From: Candidatus Eiseniibacteriota bacterium
GTDB lineage: Bacteria; Eisenbacteria; RBG-16-71-46
Reading direction: 5' to 3'
Length of the DNA stretch: 20,707 nt
Assembly: GCA_041483195.1 (NCBI GenBank)
Contig: JBGPFC010000052.1
Location: forward strand, 1 to 20,707
Shown here: positions 1 through 7,488 of the stretch, piece by piece
Layout: every line of letters starts with the position of its first letter
Position numbering within the stretch: position 1 is the first letter of the stretch
Notes under the pieces: generated by a model
What the model saw: the letters and a program-made list of their open reading frames with translations, nothing else
Databases searched by the model: none
Told to the model about the DNA's origin: nothing
Position numbers and translations under genes: made by a program

Positions 1-2
1 AG

Positions 3-1187
3 ATCTGGGGGGTGGTCCCCGATGGCAATGGGGGCGCCTACCTCGGCTGGGGATCGAGTCACGGCGCGACCGCATTTGACGATGACGTGTATGCCGTGCG
101 CTTCCTCCCCGACGGATCCCTCGCCCCCGGGTGGCCCGCGACTGGATTCCCGGTGGCGGCACTTCCCGACCAGCAGTTTCTCTCCAGCGTGGCCGCCGAT
201 AGCGCGGGGGGCGTTCTTCTCGCGTGGTATGGCCATCAGGACGTCGGCGCAACCGTGGCGTATGCGCAGCGATTGCGACCCGACGGCACGCTCGCGCCGG
301 GGTGGCCGGTCAACGGGACGCGTGTGAGCGATGTGCTGGGTTATCACTTTGCCCCGCGCATCGCACCCGATGGCGCGGGCGGCGTGTACATTGTGCTTGA
401 GCTCGACACAAACGGTGAGCACGGATTCGTCCAGCACCTCGCGGGCAACGGAGCGCTGGCTCCGGGCTGGCCGAGCGCGGGGGTCCCCACCGTGAATCCG
501 TGGACCACGCAAGCCGTCGCGCAGACCGACTTCGCGATTACTGCCGACGCGAACGGCGGCGCGATCGTCGCGTGGGAGGACACGCGCAATGGTGTCCCGG
601 GCGAGATCTTCGCCCAGCGCTATCTCGGCGACGGCCCCACCGCGACGCTGGTCTCGCTGACGAGCGTCGAAGCGCTGCCCGATCGCGTGACGCTGGTGTG
701 GCATCGCAGCGAGGGCGAGACGCCCGACGCGACGATCTACCGCCGCACCGCAGACGATGCGTGGACCGCCCTCGGCTGGGCCGCGTTCGACGGCACGGGT
801 CGGCTCACTTACGAAGATCGCACCGTCGCCTCCGGGGAACGGTATTCGTATCGTGTGGGCTGGATCGAATCAGGCCTCGAGCAGTTCAGCGCCGAGAGCT
901 GGGTCGATGTCTCCGCCGCCCTCGCGTTCGCGCTCGAAGGCGCGCTTCCCAATCCCGCGGTGGGCGCGCTCAACGTCGCGTTCACGCTGCCGCGTTCCGG
1001 GCGTGCCTCACTCGAGCTGATCGACATCGCCGGCCGTCAGCTCGCCGAGCGCGAGGTGGGCGACCTCGGCGCGGGGCGGCACCTCGTACGCCTCAACGAA
1101 TCACGGCGCACGCCGCCGGGAGTCTACTGGCTCAAGCTCACGCAAGCGGAGCGCACGCTGGTCAAGCGCGCGGTCGTGATTCAGTAA
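3..1187 (+). CDS. Secreted repeat (probable beta-propeller) protein with C-terminal T9SS type-A/FlgD-Ig-like domain; 5'-truncated by the window edge
   Basis: Frame is open from base 3. ~60-aa repeats: PDGNGGAYLGW / ADSAGGVLLAW / PDGAGGVYIVL / ADANGGAIVAW and DGSLAPGWP / DGTLAPGWP / NGALAPGWP. An Ig/FN3-like linker domain is followed by FALEGALPNP...LELIDIAGR...PGVYWLKL...KRAVVIQ, typical of Por/FlgD-like C-terminal domains. Confidence 0.8.
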   Translation: MWGVVPDGNGGAYLGWGSSHGATAFDDDVYAVRFLPDGSLAPGWPATGFPVAALPDQQFLSSVAADSAGGVLLAWYGHQDVGATVAYAQRLRPDGTLAPGWPVNGTRVSDVLGYHFAPRIAPDGAGGVYIVLELDTNGEHGFVQHLAGNGALAPGWPSAGVPTVNPWTTQAVAQTDFAITADANGGAIVAWEDTRNGVPGEIFAQRYLGDGPTATLVSLTSVEALPDRVTLVWHRSEGETPDATIYRRTADDAWTALGWAAFDGTGRLTYEDRTVASGERYSYRVGWIESGLEQFSAESWVDVSAALAFALEGALPNPAVGALNVAFTLPRSGRASLELIDIAGRQLAEREVGDLGAGRHLVRLNESRRTPPGVYWLKLTQAERTLVKRAVVIQ

Positions 1188-1251
1188 CGCGGCGGCGCAC
1201 CCCTTGCGCGCCGGCCGCCCCGCTCCTCTCGCACCCCCTCCGCCCCCCGTG

Positions 1252-1257
1252 TATCCT
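1252..1257 (+). promoter_or_regulatory. Possible -10 element (TATCCT) for a leaderless or near-leaderless holB transcript
   Basis: TATCCT ends 9 nt before ATG 1267, with no Shine-Dalgarno. Only a weak -35 (TCGCAC, 17-nt spacer). Confidence 0.3.
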
Positions 1258-1266
1258 CTCCGCATC

Positions 1267-2472
1267 ATGCTCGGCATCGCGCTGTCGGACCTGCTCGGCC
1301 AGCCCGAGGTCTCGTCGTTCTTGAAGGGCGTGGTCGCGGGCGGGCGCTTCGCGAACGCGTACCTCTTCCACGGCCCGGCCGGCGTGGGCAAGGGCACCGC
1401 CGCTCTCGCCTTCGCGCGCGCGATGATCTGCGAGCACGGGGCGGGCGCGCCCGCCGCGGCCCCGAGCCTGTTCGACGCGCCGGCGGCCGCACCAACATCC
1501 GCGCCCGCCGACGACGCGTGCGGCGTGTGCAATGCCTGCACGAAGGCCGCGGGGCTCCAGCATCCCGACCTCAAGTTCCTGTTCCCGGTCTCGGGCGAGG
1601 AGAAGGAGCTCGACGCCACCATCGCCGAGACCATCGCGCAGGTGCGCGACGATCCGTTCTTCGTGTTCACGTACGACAAGGCCGCCTCGATCCGCATGAG
1701 CATGACGCGCGAGCTGCTGCGCGAGATGGGATACAAGCCGTTCGAGGCGGCGCGGCGCGTGGTGGTGGTGCGCGACGCCGATCGCATGCGCGAAGACCAG
1801 TACTCTGCGATGCTCAAGAGCATCGAGGAGCCGGGCGCCTCCACGGTATGGGTGCTCACCACCGCGCGGCTCTCGCGCCTGCCCGCCACCATCCGCTCGC
1901 GCTGCCAGCGCGTGCGCTTCGCGCCGCTCGGCGAGGGGACGATTCGCGAGGTGCTCACGGCGCGCGTAGGGATCGCCGAGAAGGAAGCCCGCATGCTCGC
2001 CGCGCTCTCGAGCGGATCGCTGGCCCGCGCGCTCGCGCTGCGCGACGCCGAGCCGGTCGAGCTGCGCGATCAGGCGCTCGCGCTGCTCGAGCCAGCACTC
2101 CGGGGCGATCCGGCCGCGCTCTGGAAGGCGGCACAGGGCTTCACGCGCTTCGGCAAGGCGGGCCGCGAGACGCTGCGGCGCGTGATCGAATTTCACGAGC
2201 TGTGGCTGCGCGATCTGCTGCGCGCGCGCTACGGCGCGCCGCGCGAGCTGCTGGTCAACCGCGACCGCGAGCCCGAGATCCGCCGCCAAGCGGAGCGCAC
2301 CGACGCGGCCGAGATCCGCCGCCGCCTGATGGTGCTGGAAGAGGTGCTGCGCGCGATCGAGGGCAACGTCACCGCCGAGCTGGCCCTCTACTCCGGCATG
2401 GCGCGCGTGGCGGGCGAGCGGCTCGGCGAGGGCGAATGGCCGCGCCCCTACGCCGGGCGCTGGGATTACTGA
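1267..2472 (+). CDS. holB: DNA polymerase III clamp-loader subunit delta'
   Basis: AYLFHGPAGVGKGT P-loop, Zn module C...CGVCNAC, HPDL, DADRM, MLKSIEEP and TIRSRCQ (SRC motif). Lies upstream of ricT, as in the known holB-yaaT synteny. Start placed at ATG 1267. Confidence 0.92.
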   Translation: MLGIALSDLLGQPEVSSFLKGVVAGGRFANAYLFHGPAGVGKGTAALAFARAMICEHGAGAPAAAPSLFDAPAAAPTSAPADDACGVCNACTKAAGLQHPDLKFLFPVSGEEKELDATIAETIAQVRDDPFFVFTYDKAASIRMSMTRELLREMGYKPFEAARRVVVVRDADRMREDQYSAMLKSIEEPGASTVWVLTTARLSRLPATIRSRCQRVRFAPLGEGTIREVLTARVGIAEKEARMLAALSSGSLARALALRDAEPVELRDQALALLEPALRGDPAALWKAAQGFTRFGKAGRETLRRVIEFHELWLRDLLRARYGAPRELLVNRDREPEIRRQAERTDAAEIRRRLMVLEEVLRAIEGNVTAELALYSGMARVAGERLGEGEWPRPYAGRWDY

Positions 2473-2545
2473 GGGCGCGGCCCGCGCGGGCGCCGGGCGC
2501 TCGCCGCGCCCCCGCCGCCGGTCGCGCGGCCTCCGCAATCGAGCC

Positions 2546-2574
2546 GTGAAAAGCCGCCGCCGCTGCGCTATGCT
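2546..2574 (+). promoter_or_regulatory. Sigma-70-type promoter for ricT
   Basis: GTGAAA (2546-2551), 17-nt spacer, TATGCT (2569-2574). Predicted start near 2581. Confidence 0.55.
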
Positions 2575-2591
2575 CGATGCGTTCCCAATGT

Positions 2592-2615
2592 CCCTTCGCA
2601 GGTCGAAGGGCTTTT
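2592..2615 (+). terminator. Terminator/attenuator-like hairpin
   Basis: Perfect 7-bp stem CCCTTCG/CGAAGGG with loop CAGGT, followed by CTTTT. Confidence 0.45.
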
Positions 2616-2746
2616 CATAGCCGGGCTCGGGCCCCGCGTTCCATCGTGCAACCGGAACGCGCGACCTTCCCGGATCGCAACGCACCAGACGCGCCGGCCT
2701 CCCGGGCCGGTTGAGGGGCGTACCCACCGCCCCATAGAGGCAGTCG

Positions 2747-3667
2747 ATGGCGGATATCGTGCAGGTCGCGCTGCGCGGTTCGCGGCGTGAGTTCTATTTG
2801 AACACCCGCAGTATCTGGCTGACGCTCCGCGACGAAGTCATCGTTCAGGCCGAGCATGGTGAAGCGTTCGGCCGCGTGTTCCTCAAGGACCCCACCCTGG
2901 TCGCGCTCAAGCGGCCGGGCAACGTGACGCGCGAGATCATCCGCAAGGCCGAAGAGGAAGACCTCGACCAGGAAGACCGCAACCGCCGGCGCGAGACCGA
3001 AGCGTTCGCCTACTGCAAACAGCGGATCGAGTTTCGCGAGCTGAGCATGGACCTCGCGGATGTCGAGGTCGGGTTCAACGGCCATCGCGTCACGTTCTAC
3101 TTCTCGGCAGAGCACCGCGTGGACTTCCGCGAGCTGGTGAAGGATCTCGCGGCGCGATTCCAGGCGCGCATCGAGCTGCGGCAGATCGGCGTGCGCGATC
3201 AGGCCAAGCGGCTCGACGGCTGCGGCCCATGCGGCCGCGCGTTCTGCTGCTCGACCTGGCTGAAGGACTTCCATCCGGTCACGCTCAAGATGGCGCGCGA
3301 GCAGCAGCTGTCGCTCAACCCCGGCAAGATCTCGGGCGCGTGCGGGCGGCTGATGTGCTGCCTCTCGTACGAGCTTTCGCAGTACCGCGACAGCGTGGAG
3401 CGCATCCCGCCGGTCGGCGCGAAGCTCAAGACCGGGCAGGGCGTGTGCACCGTGATCCGCACCGAGATCTACCAGGAAGCCGTGTGGATTCGCGACGACG
3501 AGGGCGGCGAGCACCGCATCGCGTACGCCGACCTGCCTCCCGGCCCCTATCACAAGTGCGGCGACTGCAACTGCGGGAAGAAGGGCAAGAAGGGCGAGGC
3601 GCCCCCGCGCGAGGATGAGGCGCCGCCCGACGCATGGGCCGATCCGCCAGCCGGGCCGGTCGCGTGA
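2747..3667 (+). CDS. ricT: PSP1/RicT (YaaT) family Fe-S regulatory protein
   Basis: FYFSAEHRVDFRELVKDLA, RIELRQIGVRD, GCGPCGRAFCC and LNPGKISGACGRLMCCLSYE signatures. GAGG RBS at 2737-2740. Confidence 0.93.
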   Translation: MADIVQVALRGSRREFYLNTRSIWLTLRDEVIVQAEHGEAFGRVFLKDPTLVALKRPGNVTREIIRKAEEEDLDQEDRNRRRETEAFAYCKQRIEFRELSMDLADVEVGFNGHRVTFYFSAEHRVDFRELVKDLAARFQARIELRQIGVRDQAKRLDGCGPCGRAFCCSTWLKDFHPVTLKMAREQQLSLNPGKISGACGRLMCCLSYELSQYRDSVERIPPVGAKLKTGQGVCTVIRTEIYQEAVWIRDDEGGEHRIAYADLPPGPYHKCGDCNCGKKGKKGEAPPREDEAPPDAWADPPAGPVA

Positions 3668-4047
3668 GCGATCGCAAGCGCGTGACCTCGGGCTCGCCTT
3701 ACGAGCCCGCGATCGGATTCAGCCGCGCGGTGCGCGTGGGGAGCCGCGTGCTGGTGTCGGGCACCGCGCCGGTGTTCGCAGACGGCTCGTGCCCCGACGA
3801 CCCCGAGGCGCAGGCGCGGCGCTGCCTCGAGATCATCGTCGCAGCGCTGCGCGAGGCCGGCGCGCGCCCCGAGCACGTGGTGCGAACGCGCACGTTCCTC
3901 ACGCGCGCCGCGGACTGGGAAGCGGTCGGGCGCGCACACGGCGAGGTATTCCACGACGTGCGCCCCGCGAGCACGATGGTGGTGGTCGCCGCGCTGATCG
4001 ATCCGCGCTGGAGAGTCGAGATGGAGGCGGAGGCGGAGATCGGGTAG
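3664..4047 (+). CDS. RidA/YjgF/UK114 superfamily protein
   Basis: SGSPYEPAIGFSRAVRVG, VSGT, VGRAHGEVF, RPASTMVVV and VEMEAEA. GTG start overlaps the ricT stop (GTGA). Confidence 0.9.
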   Translation: MSDRKRVTSGSPYEPAIGFSRAVRVGSRVLVSGTAPVFADGSCPDDPEAQARRCLEIIVAALREAGARPEHVVRTRTFLTRAADWEAVGRAHGEVFHDVRPASTMVVVAALIDPRWRVEMEAEAEIG

Positions 4048-4073
4048 TCGCACCGATCCCGGCGCCGGGCGCG

Positions 4074-4760
4074 ATGCGCATCGCGGAACTGTGGCGGTAC
4101 CCGGTGAAGTCCATGGCCGGCGAGCGCGTGGATGCGGCCGATCTCGGACCCCTCGGCCTGCCCGGCGATCGCGACCTCTACGTGGTGGACGGGGACGGCC
4201 GCATCCGGGACGCGCGCTCCAGGCCGCTGCTGCTGCTCCACCGCGCGACGCGGGGCGATGACGGCCGCGTGCGCGTGGACGGCCTCGACTGGGAAGAACC
4301 CGCGGTGGCGGAGCGCGTCCGCGCCGCGGCGGGAGCGGGCGCGCGACTCGTCCGCGCGCAGGAGGCCGAGCGCTTCGACGCGATGCCGCTGCTCGTGACG
4401 ACCGACGGAGCGATCGCGGCGCTCGACGTGGACTATCGCCGGTTGCGGCCCAATCTCGTCATCGCGGGCGTCGAGGGCCTCGCCGAGCGAGGCTGGGGAG
4501 GCCGCTATCTTCGCGCGGGGTCCGCAGTGATCGGACTCTCGAAGCTGCGCGATCGCTGCATCATGACGACCTTCGATCCCGACACCGCGGCGCAGGACGT
4601 CGGTGTGCTGCTTCGCATCCAGAGCGAGTTCGACGGCAGCTTCGCGCTCGATGCGTGGGTCGCACGCTCCGGCCGCGCGGCGGTGGGAGATCCGGTCACG
4701 CTGCTGGATGGGTTCGACGCGCCGGAAGAAGCGAAGCTCGGGCGGTACGCGCGGGAGTGA
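4074..4760 (+). CDS. MOSC domain protein (YcbX/mARC-like, N-terminal beta-barrel plus MOSC)
   Basis: LWRYPVKSMAGE, GDR, RRLRPNLVI and RCIMTTFDP with the conserved Cys. Real start is ATG 4074, inside the longer ORF. Confidence 0.88.
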   Translation: MRIAELWRYPVKSMAGERVDAADLGPLGLPGDRDLYVVDGDGRIRDARSRPLLLLHRATRGDDGRVRVDGLDWEEPAVAERVRAAAGAGARLVRAQEAERFDAMPLLVTTDGAIAALDVDYRRLRPNLVIAGVEGLAERGWGGRYLRAGSAVIGLSKLRDRCIMTTFDPDTAAQDVGVLLRIQSEFDGSFALDAWVARSGRAAVGDPVTLLDGFDAPEEAKLGRYARE

Positions 4761-4791
4761 GCGCTCGCGGGACCCCGCGCCGGCGCCCCCC

Positions 4792-5499
4792 TCAGAACAC
4801 TCCCGGGATCAGCGCCCAGCTCTTGCGACGGTATTCGTCGTACGCGGCGCCGAAGACCTCGCGCAGGTTCGACTCCTCGAGCCGGATCTTGCGCCAGTAC
4901 GCCGCCGCGACGATCGCGACCGCCAGCAGCGCGTGCAGCTCGCCGGACACCATCGCGGTGCCGAGATACATGCCGAGCATCGCGGTATAGATCGGGTGAC
5001 GCACGAATCGGTACGGCCCCGAGCGCACCAGCTCGTGGTCCACCTTCTGAGTGATGGCCCCGCTCCAGTTTCGTCCCAGGTGGCGCCGCGCCCACACCCC
5101 GAGCATCGCGCATCCCGCGTGGAGCGCGAGGCCGATCGGCACGACGAACGCCGCGACCGGCAACCAGCGTGTCTTGAGCCCCGGCACGCGGAGGAACAGG
5201 AGCAGCAACGCAAGATTGAGCAGGTTGGCGTGGAGCTGGCGCGACTTGAGCGACTCCGAGCTCTTCGCCGCCGACGCGTCCTTCGCGGCCGCGCTCCAGT
5301 ACACGAGGAACGCGAGCCACATCGCCGCCGAGATCCAGAGCGGCGACCAGCCGAACGCGGGCTTCAGCCATACGACGAGCGCGACGATCGCCGCCAGGAT
5401 CGCGAGCAGTCCGAACAAGGCGGCCGCGCCCGTGAGCCTGAGCGCGCCGATCTGGAGGACCGTCGTGGGGCGTTCGTTCGCGGGCTGCTCGTCGGTCAT
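4792..5499 (-). CDS. Isoprenylcysteine carboxyl methyltransferase (ICMT/Ste14/PEMT) family membrane methyltransferase
   Basis: Several hydrophobic helices. LGRNWS, HELVRSGPYRFVRHPIY and EESNLREVFGAAYDEYRRKSWALIP. Start ATG 5499 chosen; start is uncertain. Confidence 0.88.
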   Translation of the reverse strand: MTDEQPANERPTTVLQIGALRLTGAAALFGLLAILAAIVALVVWLKPAFGWSPLWISAAMWLAFLVYWSAAAKDASAAKSSESLKSRQLHANLLNLALLLLFLRVPGLKTRWLPVAAFVVPIGLALHAGCAMLGVWARRHLGRNWSGAITQKVDHELVRSGPYRFVRHPIYTAMLGMYLGTAMVSGELHALLAVAIVAAAYWRKIRLEESNLREVFGAAYDEYRRKSWALIPGVF

Positions 5500-5706
5500 C
5501 GCGCGATCCCGGGCCGGGGCGAGGGCGGAACGCGGCGGAGCATAGGAGCCGCCGCCTCGTCGCACCAGTCGTGCTCTCCATACCACCACTCGCCGGTTTG
5601 CCGCCCCCACCCGCCGAATGGCTGCGGCCATCGCTCATGACTCCGGCTAGTGTTCGACGACGTTCGAACCGCAGCTCGTCGCCGAACCACCGAATCGGAG
5701 GGGCCC

Positions 5707-6429
5707 ATGCCAGGAGCGCTCGATCTCGTCTTCGCCGGAGTCATCGCCGTGGTCTATCCGCTCTGGGATCACTTCGTGAGCTGGCCGCGCATGCTCAAGA
5801 CCATTCGCTCGGGCGTCCCCGATGCCCGCGTGAAGGTGTATCGCGAGACGATCGCGCTCGAGTGGCTCGGCGCCGCGGTCATCGCGGCGCTCTGGTTGCG
5901 AGGGCATCGCGCGTGGTCGGCGCTCTGGCTGGTGGCGCCGTCGGGCTGGCGCCTCGCGCTGGGCGTCGCGCTCTTCGCGCTCCTTGCGTGGCTGATGGGC
6001 AAGCAGATGGCGGCGGTGCCCGGCAAGATCGCGGCGTTGACGCCCGAGCGGCTGCAGAAGGCCCGCGCGAAGTACGAGGCGCTGAGCCCCATCGTGCCCC
6101 ACACGCCGAAGGAGCGCGCGTGGTTCTGGTCGACCTCCCTGACCGCCGGATTCTGCGAGGAGCTGGTCTATCGCGGGTTCCTGGTGTGGGCGCTGCGGCC
6201 GCAGCTGGGACTGTTCGGGGCCGCTGCCGCGAGCGCGATCTGCTTCGGGTTCGCGCACGCGTACCAGGGACCACGGCTCGCGATCGGCACGGCCGTGACG
6301 GGCGCGCTGTTCGGGGCGCTCGCGATCGCCACCGGTTCGATCGTGCCGGGCATGTTCATCCACGCGCTGGTGGACGTCGTCAACGGCGAGACGCTCTACC
6401 CCGTCTTCCGCGAGCCGCGCGCCGCTTGA
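5707..6429 (+). CDS. CPBP family (Abi / Rce1-like CAAX type II) intramembrane glutamic protease
   Basis: Intact motifs EELVYR (EExxxR), FGFAH (FxxxH) and HALVD (HxxxB). Multiple TM helices. GGAGGG RBS before ATG 5707. Confidence 0.9.
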   Translation: MPGALDLVFAGVIAVVYPLWDHFVSWPRMLKTIRSGVPDARVKVYRETIALEWLGAAVIAALWLRGHRAWSALWLVAPSGWRLALGVALFALLAWLMGKQMAAVPGKIAALTPERLQKARAKYEALSPIVPHTPKERAWFWSTSLTAGFCEELVYRGFLVWALRPQLGLFGAAAASAICFGFAHAYQGPRLAIGTAVTGALFGALAIATGSIVPGMFIHALVDVVNGETLYPVFREPRAA

Positions 6430-6471
6430 TGGGTTCCACCACGTGCCCCCCGCTGCTGCGATTTCCACACC

Positions 6472-6559
6472 TGCTGCGAAACGCAGCACCGGAACCGATC
6501 CCGCCACCTCCCACGCGGTTCGCGGCGGCACGCTCCCTCGGGTGCGGCGGAATGCCGCA
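6472..6559. promoter_or_regulatory. Two related 17-bp palindromes, candidate enhancer-binding-protein sites
   Basis: TGCTGC-GAAAC-GCAGCA (6472-6488) and TGCGGC-GGAAT-GCCGCA (6543-6559). Extra half-site TGCTGCGA at 6454. Confidence 0.45.
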
Positions 6560-6654
6560 GCGCTTCGGCGCGTCCTCGGCGTGCGACGGCGCGAGCGCGC
6601 CGCGATCGTGTTTGCCGGACGGGTCTTGACCTTCCTCGGCGCGGACGCATCACC

Positions 6655-6669
6655 CGGCACGGCGCATGC
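6655..6669 (+). promoter_or_regulatory. Sigma-54 (-24/-12) promoter candidate
   Basis: CGGCACGGCGCATGC has GG-N10-GC spacing and two mismatches to TGGCACGNNNNTTGC. Confidence 0.5.
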
Positions 6670-6793
6670 GAGAACAGCAATCGCATCCGAGCGACGGCAG
6701 GCGGCGGATCTGCCGGGATCGGGCGCGGGCCCGTGATCGCCGCGGGCCGATCGCTCCCGCTTCGCCTCGTTCCCCACGACGGAGGTGCTGGCC

Positions 6794-7471
6794 ATGTTCC
6801 GACTCGCAAGGTGGAGCGTTCTCGCAGGGGGCCTTCTCATGGCGGGGCTTTGTCTGACGCCCCTCACGGCCGCGAGCACGCCGGTGGGAGATTTCTCCGT
6901 TCAGAATGCCCGTTACTCCCTCACGACCGGCGGAGACTCGATCCGCGTCAGCTTCGACGTCGGCTTCTATCAAACGACCGACGCCCTGGCGTACCTGCCC
7001 GTCAAGGCGCACATCCTGGTGAACAACATCGTCGCCGACGTGAGTGATGCTTACGTGCTGATCGACAAGGCCCATGTCTGCCCCGGCCCATACCCCACCT
7101 GCCCCCCGATCGCCGACCAGTACTGGTGCGCCGATCTCAGGATCGTCGACAAGACCGGCCGAGTGCGTCCCGCGCACGGGGTGTGCATCCCCAGGGTCGC
7201 TCTGGGCGTCTGCGTCTGCACCTTCCCGCCGATGCGTGTCGAGAATACCGTTCCGCGCCCCTCGCAGGGCTCCGTCATCGAGGTCGTCATCGACCCGATC
7301 AATCAGGTGGAGGAAGACGACGAGGGCAACAATCGCATCGTCGCGATGGAAGGACCGCCGGTTCCCGCCGCCAGCGGATTCGGGCTCGCGCTGGGGCTGG
7401 GCCTCGTCGGGCTGCTCGCGCTGTGGAGCACGCGGCGCGTCCGCGCAGCGCACCCGGAGATCCCGGCCTGA
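6794..7471 (+). CDS. Secreted Cys-rich protein with CARDB-like Ig fold and C-terminal membrane anchor (IPTL/PEP-CTERM-like)
   Basis: GGAGGT RBS at 6781 and an N-terminal signal peptide. IEVVIDPINQVEEDDEGNN is CARDB-like. Six Cys in the mature part. Ends VPAASGFGLALGLGLVGLLALWSTRRVR. Confidence 0.75.
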   Translation: MFRLARWSVLAGGLLMAGLCLTPLTAASTPVGDFSVQNARYSLTTGGDSIRVSFDVGFYQTTDALAYLPVKAHILVNNIVADVSDAYVLIDKAHVCPGPYPTCPPIADQYWCADLRIVDKTGRVRPAHGVCIPRVALGVCVCTFPPMRVENTVPRPSQGSVIEVVIDPINQVEEDDEGNNRIVAMEGPPVPAASGFGLALGLGLVGLLALWSTRRVRAAHPEIPA

Positions 7472-7488
7472 CGATTCGGCGTCGCGCC

